Positions 50,841 through 61,893 of a stretch of DNA of 64,000 nucleotides are shown here, piece after piece (within the stretch, counting starts at the first letter, position 1; every line of letters starts with the position of its first letter). This DNA is from Mobula hypostoma (lineage: Eukaryota). The notes under the pieces were generated by a model. The model was not told the origin of the DNA. It worked only from the letters and a program-made list of their open reading frames with translations, and ran no database searches. Made by a program: the position numbers and the translations under genes. The stretch spans positions 217,622,001-217,686,000 of the forward strand of contig NC_086097.1 in the NCBI RefSeq assembly GCF_963921235.1, read 5' to 3'.

Positions 50841-50919
50841 CTGGAAAGTCAGAATAATAACAGAGTATGCTTTTCCCTATCAGGGTATTAAACATCAAAG
50901 ATAATAATCAGGATTCCAG
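50841..50919 (-). ncRNA. Diverged SNORD87-like box C/D snoRNA copy (possibly a pseudogene)
   Basis: Terminal stem CTGGAA/TTCCAG; degenerate box C CTGATTA; D' CTGA and D CTGA spaced 31 nt apart, as in the 59653 copy. Guide region TGatGTTTAataccCTGATA versus TGccGTTTAcccatCTGATA. Confidence 0.6.
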
Positions 50920-50986
50920 TAAGACTGTGTTCAGAGCTGGAAAAGTATTTTCACATATTTAGTGCAAACTTTTAAATCACATTTAC

Positions 50987-51031
50987 CTTTGCTACAGTCA
51001 CTGAAGAATCTGCTATATCCAGCATTCTTGT
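50987..51031 (-). ncRNA. Candidate 45-nt host-gene exon
   Basis: Minus-strand acceptor tatcttctgttggctgtag and donor AAG/gtaaat, 75 nt upstream of box C of the SNORD87-like copy. Confidence 0.45.
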
Positions 51032-52903
51032 CTACAGCCAACAGAAGATACGAACTTGGGCATCACCAGTGATCATTTACGATATGCAAAAATAATCATG
51101 AACGAATGCATGAAAATATGCTAAAAGTTTACATTTTGAAAGCATCTAATAAATCTTAATTATAACAGACATCTGAGAAAGCACTATTTTCTCAACAATC
51201 ACTGTCTTTCAGCAAGCCTAAACCTAAATTTGCAATGTAGTCACATCACCAGTAACATTCAAAATATTAAAAACACTAAAGGATTTAACGATACTTTAAA
51301 AACAGAAATGCTGTAAAACACAGTATACTCAGTTTCAGATTTTTGGTGTCGGCAGTATTTTTCAATTTGAATCGTACCTTTAACAGTACAGCCAAATTTA
51401 ACAGTGAATGGTTAAGACCAGTTATTTCCCAATGAAGATCAAATTGACTGCGTAAAAGCACTTTATAGATGAAAAATTATTTTGTAAAACTTGAAATTTT
51501 GTTCACAAGTTTCTACTTTATATATGTAAATAACAAAGCTTCTGAGAAAATTAGTCAAATGTAACTTAACAAGTATTTCAAAATTAAACTTAAAACATTG
51601 AGAAAATGCAGTGAAATAATGCTCCAAGATTCTAGCAATAGAAATGAAAACTTCAAATTCAATATAACAATGTGGTATTTATCCTTCTTCCACATCTGTT
51701 GTATACTTTGCACTACCGCCATATTGGGATCATAAAACAATAACAGATAATCGTTTGTCTGCCTAATGACCAAAATCTTCCTCAGTCTGCAGGTTCATCC
51801 ACAAAATTTCATGAATTCAATGGGATTCACTTTGCCCTCATTCCCAGATAGGTTATTAATAAATCACATATCTATGATATGATCTATCAAATAATTTCTG
51901 TCTAAAGCACTTTGTGATATATTGCCCACAGAAATTAAATTTTATATTTCAACACAGCTGAAAAATACAAATATTTCCCCAAACTGAACTGTACAGTTTT
52001 TATTTTACTTCCATCAAATTACATGATTTCTGGATTGCTACCTGTGCCATGCACCAGTAAGGGTAGAAACAGGATGATTTGGCAGATAAATGCCTGGCTG
52101 AGAAGCTGGTGCAAGAGACAGGGATTCAGGTTCTTGGATCATTGGGATCTCTTCTGGGGGAGGGATGACCTGTACAAAAGGGCCGAGGTTGCAGTCGAAC
52201 CAGAGCAGGACCAGTATTCTCGCGGGCAGGTTTGTTAGAGCTGTTGGGGAGTATTTAAACGAATTTAGCAGGGGGTTGGGAACTGGACTGAAGGGATTCA
52301 GGATAGGGCGGAAGTTATGGTAGGGTACAGAAACCGTGGTGTACAAAGACTGTAATAAATCCAGTCAAGAAGAAAAGAAAAGCTTACAAAAGGTTCAGAG
52401 AGCTAGGTAATGTTAGAGATCTGCAAGATTATAAGGCTAACAGGAAGGAGTTTAAGAATGAAATTAAGAGAGCCAGAAGGGGCCATGAGAAGGCGTTGGC
52501 GGGCAGGATTAAGAAAAACCCCAAGGCATTCTATAGGTATGTGAAGAGCAGGAGGATAAGACGTGAAAGAATAGGACCTATCAAATGTGACAGTGGGAAA
52601 GTGTGTATGGAACGGGAGGAAATAGCAGAGGTACTTAATGAATACTTTACTTCAGTATTCACTATGGAAAAGGATCTTAGATAGATAGATAAACAGATAT
52701 ACTTTATTGATCTCGAGGGAAATTGAGTTTCATTACAGTTGCACCAACCAGGAATAGACGATAAATATAGCAATATAAAACCATAAATTATTAATCAAAG
52801 TATTGAGTATAAGAGCTGGAATGTTATGATGAGGTTGTATAAGGCATTGGTGAGGCCGAATCTCCAGTATTGTGTTCAGTTTTGGTCACCAAATTAGAGG
52901 AAA

Positions 52904-54866
52904 AAACATAGAAACATAGAAAATAGGTGCAGGAGTAGGCCATTCGGCCCTTCGAGCCTGCACCGCCATTTATTATGATCATGGCTGATCATCCAACTCA
53001 GAAACCCGCCCCAGCCTTCCCTCCATACCCCCTGACCCCTGTAGCCACAAGGGCCATATCTAACTCCCTCTTAAACACAGCCAATGAACTGGCCTCAACA
53101 GTTTGCTGTGGCAGAGAATTCCACAGATTCACCACTCTCTGTGTGAAGAAGTTTTTCCTAATCTCGGTCCTAAAAGGCTTCCCCTCTATCCTCAAACTGT
53201 GACCCCTCGTTCTGGACTTCCCCAACATCGGGAACAATTTTCCTGCATCTAGCCTGTCCAATCCCTTTAGGATCTTATACGTTTCAATCAGATCCGCCCT
53301 CAATCTTCTAAATTCCAACGAGTACAAGCCCAGTTCATCCAGTCTTTCTTCATATGAAAGTCCTGCCATCCCAGGAATCAATCTGGTGAACCTTCTTTGT
53401 ACTCCCTCTATGGCAAAGATGTCTTTCCTCAGATTAGGGGACCAAAACTGCACACAATACTCCAGGTGTGGTCTCACCAAGGCCTTGTACAACTGCAGTA
53501 GTACCTCCCTGCTCCTGTACTCGAATCCTCTCGCTATAAATGCCAGCATACCATTCGCCTTTTTCACTGCCTGCTGTACCTGCATGCCCACTTTCAATGA
53601 CTGGTGTATAATGACACCCAGGTCTCGTTGCACCTCCCCTTTTCCTAATCGGCCACCATTCAGATAATAATCTGTTTTCCTATTTTTGCCAACAAAGTGG
53701 ATAACTTCACATTTATCCACATTAAATTGCATCTGCCATGAGTTTGCCCACTCACCCAACCTATCCAAGTCACCCTGCATCCTCTTAGCATCCTCCTCAC
53801 TGCTAACACTGCCACCCAGCTTTGTGTCATCCGCAAACTTGGAGATGCTGCATTTAATTCCCTCATCCAAGTCATTAATATATATTGTAAACAACTGGGG
53901 TCCCAGCACTGAGCCTAGCGGTACCCCACTAGTCACCGCCTGCCATTCTGAAAAGGTCCCGTTTATTCCCACTCTTTGCTTCCTGTCTGCTAACCAGTTC
54001 TCCACCCACACCAATACCTTACCCCCAATACCGTGTGCTTTAAGTTTGCACACTAACCTCCTGTGTGGGACCTTGTCAAAAGCCTTTTGAAAATCCAAAT
54101 ATACCACATCCACTGGTTCTCCCCTATCCATTCTACTAGTTACATCCTCAAAAAATTCTATGAGATTCGTCAGACATGATTTTCCTTTCACAAATCGATG
54201 CTGACTTTGTCCGATCATTTCACCGCTTTCCAAATATGCTGTTATCACATCCTTGATAACTGACTCCAGCAGTTTCCCCACCACCGACGTTAGGCTAACC
54301 GGTCTATAATTCCCCGGTTTCTCTCTCCCTCCTTTTTTAAAAAGTGGGGTTACATTAGCCACCCTCCAATCCTCAGGAACCAGTCCAGAATCTAACGAGT
54401 TTTGAAAAATTATCACTAATGCATCCACTATTTCTTGGGCTACTTCCTTAAGCACTCTAGGATGCAGACCATCTGGCCCTGGGGATTTATCTGCCTTCAA
54501 TCCCTTCAATTTACCTAACACCACTTCCCTACTAACATGTATTTCACTCAGTTCCTCCATCTCACTGGACCCTCTGTCCCTTACTATTTCTGGAAGATTA
54601 TTTATGTCCTCCTTAGTGAAGACAGAACCAAAGTAATTATTCAATTGGTCTGCCATGTCCTTGCTCCCCATAATCAATTCACCTGTTTCTGTCTGCAGGG
54701 GACCTACATTTGTCTTTACCAGTCTTTTCCTTTTTACATATCTATAAAAGCTTTTACAGTCCGTTTTTATGTTCCCCGCCAGTTTTCTCTCATAATCTTT
54801 TTTCCCTTTCCTAATTAAGCCCTTTGTCCTCCTCTGCTGAACTCTGAATTTCTCCCAGTCCTCAGG
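52904..54866 (-). mobile_element. 5'-truncated young CR1, same subfamily as 43722-48248
   Basis: Open 559-aa RT frame almost identical to the C-terminal part of the 999-aa ORF2; same 3' UTR and tail. Confidence 0.95.
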
Positions 54867-55367
54867 ATATTAATAAGGTTGAAAGAGTGCAGAGAAGGTT
54901 TACAGGATGTTGCCGGGACTTGAGAAACTCAGTTACAGAGAAAGATTGAATAGGTTAGGACTTTATTCCCTGGAGTGTAGAAGAATGAGGGGAGATTTGA
55001 TAGAGGTATATAAAATTATGATGGGTATAGATAGAGTGAATGCAAGCAGGCTTTTTCCACTGAGACAAGGGGAGAAAAAAAACCACAGGACATGGGTTAA
55101 GGGTGAGGGGGGAAAAGTTTAAAGGGAACATTGGGGGGGCTTCTTCACACAAAGAGTGGTGGGAGTGTGGAATGAGCTGCCAGACGAGGTGGTAAATGCG
55201 GGTTCTTTTTTAACATTTAAGAATAAATTGGACAGATACATGGATGGGAGGTGTATGGAGGGATATGGTCCGTGTGCAGGTCAGTGGGACTAGGCAGAAA
55301 ATGGTTCGGCACAGCCAAGAAGGGCCAAAAGGCCTGTTTCTGTGCTGTAGTTTTTCTATGGTTTCTA

Positions 55368-55825
55368 AATAATTAAATAATACCATGTAAATTATACCAG
55401 ATGGAAATAAGTCCAGGACCAGTCTACTGGCTCAGGGTGTCTGACCCTCCAAGGGAGGAGTTGTAAAGTTTGATGGCCACAGGCAGGAATGACTTCCTAT
55501 GACGCTCAGTGTTGCTTCTCGGTGGAATGAGTCTCTGGCTGAATGTACTCCTATGCCCAACCAGTACATTATGTAGTGGATGGGAGACATTGTCCAAGAT
55601 GGCATGCAACTTGGACAGCATCCTCTTTTCAGACACCACCATCAGAGAGTCCAGTTCCATCCCCACAACATCACTGGCCTTACGAAGAGTTTGTTGCTTC
55701 TGCTGGTGTCTGCTGCCCCAGCACACAACAGCAAACATGATAGCACTGGCCACCACAGACTCGTAGAACATCCTCAGCATCGTCCGACAGATGTTAAAGG
55801 ACCTCAGCCTCCTCAGGAAATATAG
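55368..55825 (-). mobile_element. Rex1/Babar LINE fragment (3' tail at 52681-52794)
   Basis: [12 protein letters not shown]...[18 protein letters not shown]...SHPLH...SFLPVAIKLYN; (TATC)n tail. Confidence 0.85.
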
Positions 55826-57489
55826 TGATTGTAGTGATGACTTGCAGCTGACTGAAAAGCTTGAGCATGGAGATATTAAGAAAGAGGATGTGCTGGAGCT
55901 TTTGGAAAGCATCAAGTTGGATAAGTCGCCAGGACCAGATGAGATATACCCCAGGCTACTGTGGGAGGCGAGGGAGGAGATTGCTGAGCCTCTGGCGATG
56001 ATTTTTGAATCATCAATGGGGATGGGAGTGGTTCCGGAAGATTGGAGGGTTGCGGATGTTGTTCCTTTATTCAAGAAAGGGAGTAGAGATAGCCCAGGAA
56101 ATTATAGACCAGTGAGTCTTACTTCAGTGGTTGGTAAGTTGATGGAGAAGATCCTGAGAGGCAGGATTTATGAACATTTGGAGAGGTATAATATGATTAG
56201 GAAAAGTCAGCATGGCTTTGTCAAGGGCAGGTTGTGCCTTACGAGCCCGATTGAATTTTTTGAGGATGTGACTAAACACATTGATGAAGGAAGAGCAGTA
56301 GATGTAGTGTATATGGATTTCAGCAAGGCATTTGATAAGGTACCCCATGCAAGGCGTATTGAGAAAGTAAGGAGGCATGGGATCCAAGGGAACGTTGCTT
56401 TGTGGATCTGGAACTGGCTTGCCCACAGAAGGCATAGAGTGGTTGTAGACACGTCATATTCTGCATGGTGGCCAGAGACCAGTGGTGTGCCTCAGGGATC
56501 TGTTCTGGTACCCCTGCTCTTTGTGATTTTTATAAATGACCTGGATGAGGAAGTGGAGGGATGGGTTAGTAAGTTTGCTGATGACAAAGGTTGGAGGTGT
56601 TGTAGATAGTGTGGAGAGCTGTAAGAGGTTACAGCGGGACATTGATAGGATGCAAAACTGGGCTGGGAAGTGGCAGATGAAGGTCAACCCAGATAAGTGT
56701 GAAGTGGTTCATTTTGGTAGGCCAAATATGATGGCAGAATATAGTATTAACGGTAAGACAATGTGGAGGATCAGAGGGATCTTGGGGTCCAAGTCCATAG
56801 GACGCTCAAAGCAGCTGCACAGGTTGACTCTGTGGTTAAGAAGGCAAACGGTGTATTGGCCTTCATCAATCGTGGAACTGAATTTAGGAGCCGAGAGGTA
56901 ATATTGCAGCCATATAGGACCCTGGCCAGACCACATTTGGAGTACTGTGCTCAGTTCTGGTCGCCTCACTACAGGAAGGATGTGGAAACCATAGGAAAGG
57001 TACAGAGGAGATTTTTAAGGATGTTGCCTGGATTGGGGAGCATGCCTTATGAAAACAGGTTGAGTGAACTCGGCCTTTTCTCCTTGGAGCGACAGAGGAT
57101 GAGAGGTGACCTGATAGAGGTGTATAAGATGATAAGAGGCATTGAGCGTGTGAATAGTCAGAGGTTTTTCACAGGGCTCAAATAGTTACCACAAGAGGAC
57201 ACAGGTTTAAGTTGCTGGGGAGTAGGTACAGAGGAGATGTCAGGGGTAAGTTTTTTTTGCACAGAGAGCGGTGACTGCGTGGAATGGGCTGCCAGCAACG
57301 GTGGTGGAGGCAGATACAATAGGGTCTTTTAAGAGACTCCTGGACAGGTACATGGAGCTTAGGAAAATAGAAGGCTATGGGTAACCCTAGGTAATTTCTA
57401 AAGTAACTACAGTACATGTTCGGCACAGCATCATGGGCCAAAGGACCTGTATTATTCTGTAGGTTTTCTATGTTTCTATACAGGCATAT

Positions 57490-59472
57490 AGTGGGAAGGA
57501 ATGGGCTGCCAGCGATGGTGATGGAAGCAGATACAATAGGGTCTTTTAAGAGACTTTTGGATAGGTACACAGAGCTTAGAAAAATAGAGGGCTATGGGTA
57601 AGCCTAGTAATTTCTAAGGTGGGGACATGTTCGGCACAACTTTGTGGGCCGAAGGGCCTGGATTGTGCTGTAGGTTTTCTATATTTCTATGTTAAAAACA
57701 AACAAAGATTGTGTGCAGTCAGACTGTCAGGAAGGGTAGGCAGATGATAGGACAAATTTGTAGCCAGCAAGGTGAGTATCAGTGCATTAGGGATGCAGAA
57801 TCAAAAAGGGTAGCAAATACAGTACTTAAAGTGTTATATCTCAATGCACGGAGTATAAGAAATAATAATCTTGGATTATTGGGTGTGATGTTGTGGCCAT
57901 CACTGTATCATGGCTGAAGGATGGTTCTAGTTGGGAGCTGAATGTCCAAGGTTACATGTTATATTGGAGGGATAGGGAGGTAGGCAGAAGGGGGGTGTGG
58001 CTCTGCTGGTAAAGAATGGCATCAAATCATTAGAAAGATGTGACATAGGTATGGAAGAAAGAAATATTCAAATATCACATTAGTACAACTGTGGCTGACA
58101 AGGGAGGTCAAAATTAATGTAAAAGGAGAAGAGAGGGCATACAACAAAGCAAAAATTAGTGGGAAGATAGAGGACTGGGAAGCTTTTAAAAACTAACAGA
58201 AAGCAACTAAAAGAATCACTAGGAGGGAAATGTTCAAATATGAAAGCAAGCTATCAAGCAATATCAAGGTAGATAGAAAAAGCTTTCTCAAGTATATAAA
58301 AAATAAAAGTGAGACAAGAGTAGATATGGATATAGGACCACTAGAAAATGAGGCCAGAGAAATAATAATGGGGGACAAGGAGATGGCAGATGGACTAAAT
58401 GAGTATTTTCCATCAGTCTTCAGTGTGGAAGACACTAGCAGTGTGCCAGGTGTTGAAGGGTGTGAGGGAAGAGAAGTGGGTACAGTTACTGTTACAAGAG
58501 AGAAGGTGCTCAAAAAGTTGAAAGACCTAAAGGTGCATAAGTCACCCAGACCAGATGAACCACACCCTAGGGTTCTGAAAGAAGTAGCAGCAGAGATTGT
58601 GGAGGACTTAATAATGATCATTCAAGAACCACTGGACTTTTGTATGGTTCCAGAGAAATGGAAAATTGCAAATGTCACTCCACTCTTTAGGAAAGGAGAG
58701 AGGCAATAGAAAGGAAATTATAGACCAGTTAGCCTGTTTATTTTCTAAACAGGGAGAAAATCAAAAAATCTGAGATGCAAAGGGAATTTGGAGTCCTTGT
58801 GCAGAATAACCTAAAGGTTAACTTGCTGGTAGAGTCGGTGGTGAGGAAGGCAAATGCAATGTTAGCATTCATTTCAAGAGGTCTAGAACATAAGAGCAGG
58901 GATGTGATCCTAAGGCTTTATAAGGCACTGGTGAGGCCTCACCTTGAGTATAATGAACAGATATGCTGGCATTATTTAAGAAAAGATATGCTGGCATTGG
59001 ACAGAGTTCAGAGAAGGTTCTCAAGGACGATTCCACGAATAAAAGTGTTATCATATGAGAAACGTTTGATGGCTCTGGGCCTGTTCTCACTGGAATTTGA
59101 AAGGATCTCATTGAAACCTTTCGAATGTTGAACGGCCTGGATAGAGTAGGTGTGGAAAGGATGCTTCCCATGATGGGGGAGTCTAGGACAAGAGAGCACA
59201 GCCTCAGGATAGGGAGGTGCTCACTTAAAACAGAGATGCAGTGAAATTTCTTTATCCAGAGGGTGTAATTTGTTACCACAGGCAGCTGTGGAGGTCAGGC
59301 CATTGAGTCTATTTAAGGCAGAGATTAATACGTTCTTGATTGGCCAAGACATCTAAGATTACGGGGAGAAGGCCAGAGAGCTGGGTTGAGAAAAAGGATC
59401 AGTCATGATTGAATGGCAGAGCAGACTCGATGTGCCAAATGGCCTAATTCTGCTCCTATGTCTTATGGTCTA
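57490..59472 (+). mobile_element. Short CR1 3' end (57490-57692) followed by an internally deleted CR1 ORF2 (57705-59472)
   Basis: LKVLYLNARSIRN (APE start), RT pieces, and a cttatggtct tail. Confidence 0.85.
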
Positions 59473-59652
59473 AAAATACTTTGAGTAGGATTAATACCGT
59501 CATTTCCAAAAAGACAATATTTGACCTAGCTCACACATTCCCCAATTAATTTAATGTACAAGATGTCATTAATGGAGACTATCAATAACATGCAACTTGA
59601 ACTGTCATATTTTTAGCTTAAAAGATCAGTTTTGTGTTTCTGGATGCTTGAT

Positions 59653-59733
59653 GCTGGAAATTCAGAATTAATAAGGTTTCCTCATTATAGTATCAGATGG
59701 GTAAACGGCATTGGTGATCATCATTTTTCCAGC
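59653..59733 (-). ncRNA. SNORD87: Box C/D snoRNA SNORD87 (U87), 28S rRNA 2'-O-methylation guide
   Basis: Minus strand reads GCTGGAAAA-ATGATGA(C)-TCACCAA-TGCCGTTTACCCAT-CTGA(D')-TACTATA-ATGAGGA(C')-AACCTTATTAATT-CTGA(D)-ATTTCCAGC, with terminal stem GCTGGAAA/TTTCCAGC. Guide GCCGTTTACCC is complementary to conserved 28S GGGTAAACGGC. Lies downstream of MCMDC2 on the opposite strand, as in human. Confidence 0.93.
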
Positions 59734-59833
59734 AAACATCCATTCAAACTCAACAATCTAACTTTAATAAATTAAAATGTATAACAAATAGTTTAGGACA
59801 TTCCCCAACATGAAGTAAACATATAATTTTTAC

Positions 59834-59958
59834 CTTCATATTCACCAAAAGGCACCATCGCAGTAACATTTAAAATTGTGTTGCAGATCAGCCTTGTGAA
59901 GATTACAGGAAAATTGGAAGGTTCATGGAGCAGTGCTATCCACTTTCCTTGAGTAGTG
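59834..59958 (-). ncRNA. Candidate exon of non-coding snoRNA host gene (SNHG6-like)
   Basis: Minus-strand acceptor tgactaaacttatgttgtctgtttcatcacag and donor AAG/gtaaaa. Lies directly upstream of the SNORD87-containing intron; no recognisable protein. Confidence 0.55.
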
Positions 59959-60047
59959 CTGTGATGAAACAGACAACATAAGTTTAGTCAAGACAAGCTT
60001 TGTGAATCCAATGCAACTTTTTGCAAAATTCTAGCATTAAGCCTCAC

Positions 60048-60117
60048 AGGTATTTTCTCTGCAGCCAACTCCTAAAACTACATTTCTCCAACTCGGAACG
60101 AATCCATGCCATAATGA
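60048..60117 (-). ncRNA. Candidate upstream host-gene exon
   Basis: Strong minus-strand acceptor ctctttttcccttctccccatcccag; weaker donor GTGAGG at 60047. Confidence 0.35.
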
Positions 60118-60669
60118 CTGGGATGGGGAGAAGGGAAAAAGAGTAATGATCAAGTATGAGAACATACCCAATGTCAAAGGAGACAAAATCTTTCACCTTG
60201 ATGAGACTTATATTTTGAATATTATTTCTTTAAAATGGTGAATAATATATTTCTTCAGACCATCAATTTTCAAAATATCAGTAAAATGAATGGTCTGTGT
60301 TGTTCTTACTGGTGATGCAATTTGTCGGGTGATTCCCCTTCGCTTTTCTTTAATCCCCCACTCTGGCCCTCCTCCCCACCTCTTTTCTTCACCTGCCTAT
60401 CGTGGCATATTGCTCATTAATAGGTTAAGCTAATTTCCAACCGCAAGGCGTCTGTTTTTGGTGTCATGCAAAGGGATTTCTGGAAACAAAGTGTTCATAT
60501 TGGGCCACACTGCTTTAAACACATCTAAGAAAACAATTACCATTGAGACCAGCTCAAACGACAGAATGTAGGAATTAAATTGGTGAACTATAAAGTGATA
60601 TTTAATATACTTGAATACAAAGCAGTGAACAAGTGGAGGGAAAATGTAAAACTGGAAATGAGTCCTGAT

Positions 60670-61377
60670 CACAAGCAAGAGAAAATCTGCAGGTGCCGGA
60701 AATCGAAGCAACGCACATAAAATGCTGGATGAACTCAGCAGGCCAGGCTGCATCTATGGAAAAGAGCAAGCAGTCAACGTTTCAGGCCAAGACCCTTCAT
60801 CAAAAATGGAGGAAAAAAAGATGAGATGAGAAAAAAAAGAGATAAGAAGGTAGGGGGAGGGAAGGAAGAGATACAAGGTAGTAGATGATAGGTAAAACCG
60901 GGAGAAAAGAAGGCGGTGAAGTAAAGGGCTGGGAAGTCGACTGGTGAAAGAGATAAAGGGCTGGAGAAGGGGGAACCTGATAGGAGAGGACAGAAGGCCA
61001 TGGAAGAAAGGGAAGGGGGAAGAGCACCAGAAGGAGGTGATGGGCAGGTAAGGACATACGGTGAGAGAGAGAAATGGGAATGGGGAATAGTGGTGGTGGT
61101 GGGGGGGGGGAAATTACTGGAAGTTCGAGAAATTGATGTTCATGCCATCAGGTTGGAGATTACCCAGAAAGAATATAGGGTGTTGCTCCTCCAACCTGAG
61201 TGTGGCCTCATCGCAGCAGTACAGGAGAACATGGACTGACATGTCAGAATGGGAAAGGGAAGTGGAATTAAAATGGGTGGCCACTGGGAGATCCCACATT
61301 CTCAGTCCAAAATGTCAACTGTTCATGCCCCTCCATAGATGCTGCCTGAGTTCCTCCAGCGTTTTGTGTGTATTGCA
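60670..61377 (-). mobile_element. Penelope 3' fragment with inverted terminal arm
   Basis: DLPVATHFNS...LRLEEQH...PDGMNINFSNF; degenerate hammerhead at 60771-60806; inverted arm at ~61300-61377. Confidence 0.85.
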
Positions 61378-61857
61378 AATGAATAACACTGCTGCTTTGA
61401 AAGCTTGCGAAATTGCTACAGTGTGAAGAACCAAGCTTCACAGTCTTAAAAGGTTAAATATTTAAATAATTTAGAACAGCAAACAACAAAACTCAGAATG
61501 ATTCGCTGTAAGTTCAAGAATGATCAAAGTAGAATATTCTGGTCAAGTTGCTCCTGCAAATTAAGAAATGCAATCTAGTGTTGCAAAAGCAGCAAATGAT
61601 GCACAACAGCACAAAACTAAACAGGTGAATAAATAGCTAACGTACAGTCAAAAACAAAACTGAATCTGGTGTTTATGTAGGATAGGAAAAAGTTAAATAT
61701 GAATACTATAGGCAAAGGTTCAAATTAGTAGGTAGCATATGAAAAATGGCTTTCATGTAAAACTGAATTGATAATAAATATCCTGATAATTAAAGCAACA
61801 CACATAAAAGTTGCTGGTGAACGCAGCAGGCCAGGCAGCATCTCTAGGAAGAGGTGC

Positions 61858-61893
61858 AGTCGACGTTTCAGGCCGAGACCCTTCGTCAGGACT
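61858..61893 (-). ncRNA. Minimal type I hammerhead ribozyme motif
   Basis: Identical 36-nt motif to 27586-27621. Confidence 0.8.

Larger units (their letters stand above)
52023..57478 (+). mobile_element. Internally deleted CR1 (+) hosting nested Rex1 (-), CR1 (+) and CR1 (-) insertions
   Basis: ORF1 esterase end at 52023-52260; ORF2 pieces at ~52360-52680 and 55826-57478. [12 protein letters not shown] joins across the insert. Confidence 0.85.

Noticed and set aside
55424..56074. 216-aa ORF
   Set aside because: Chimeric read-through of antisense CR1 into a Rex1 fragment; not a gene.
60256..60296. Hairpin CAGACCAT/ATGGTCTG near the snoRNA host region
   Set aside because: Short stem with no C/D or H/ACA box arrangement, and too imperfect for a pre-miRNA.
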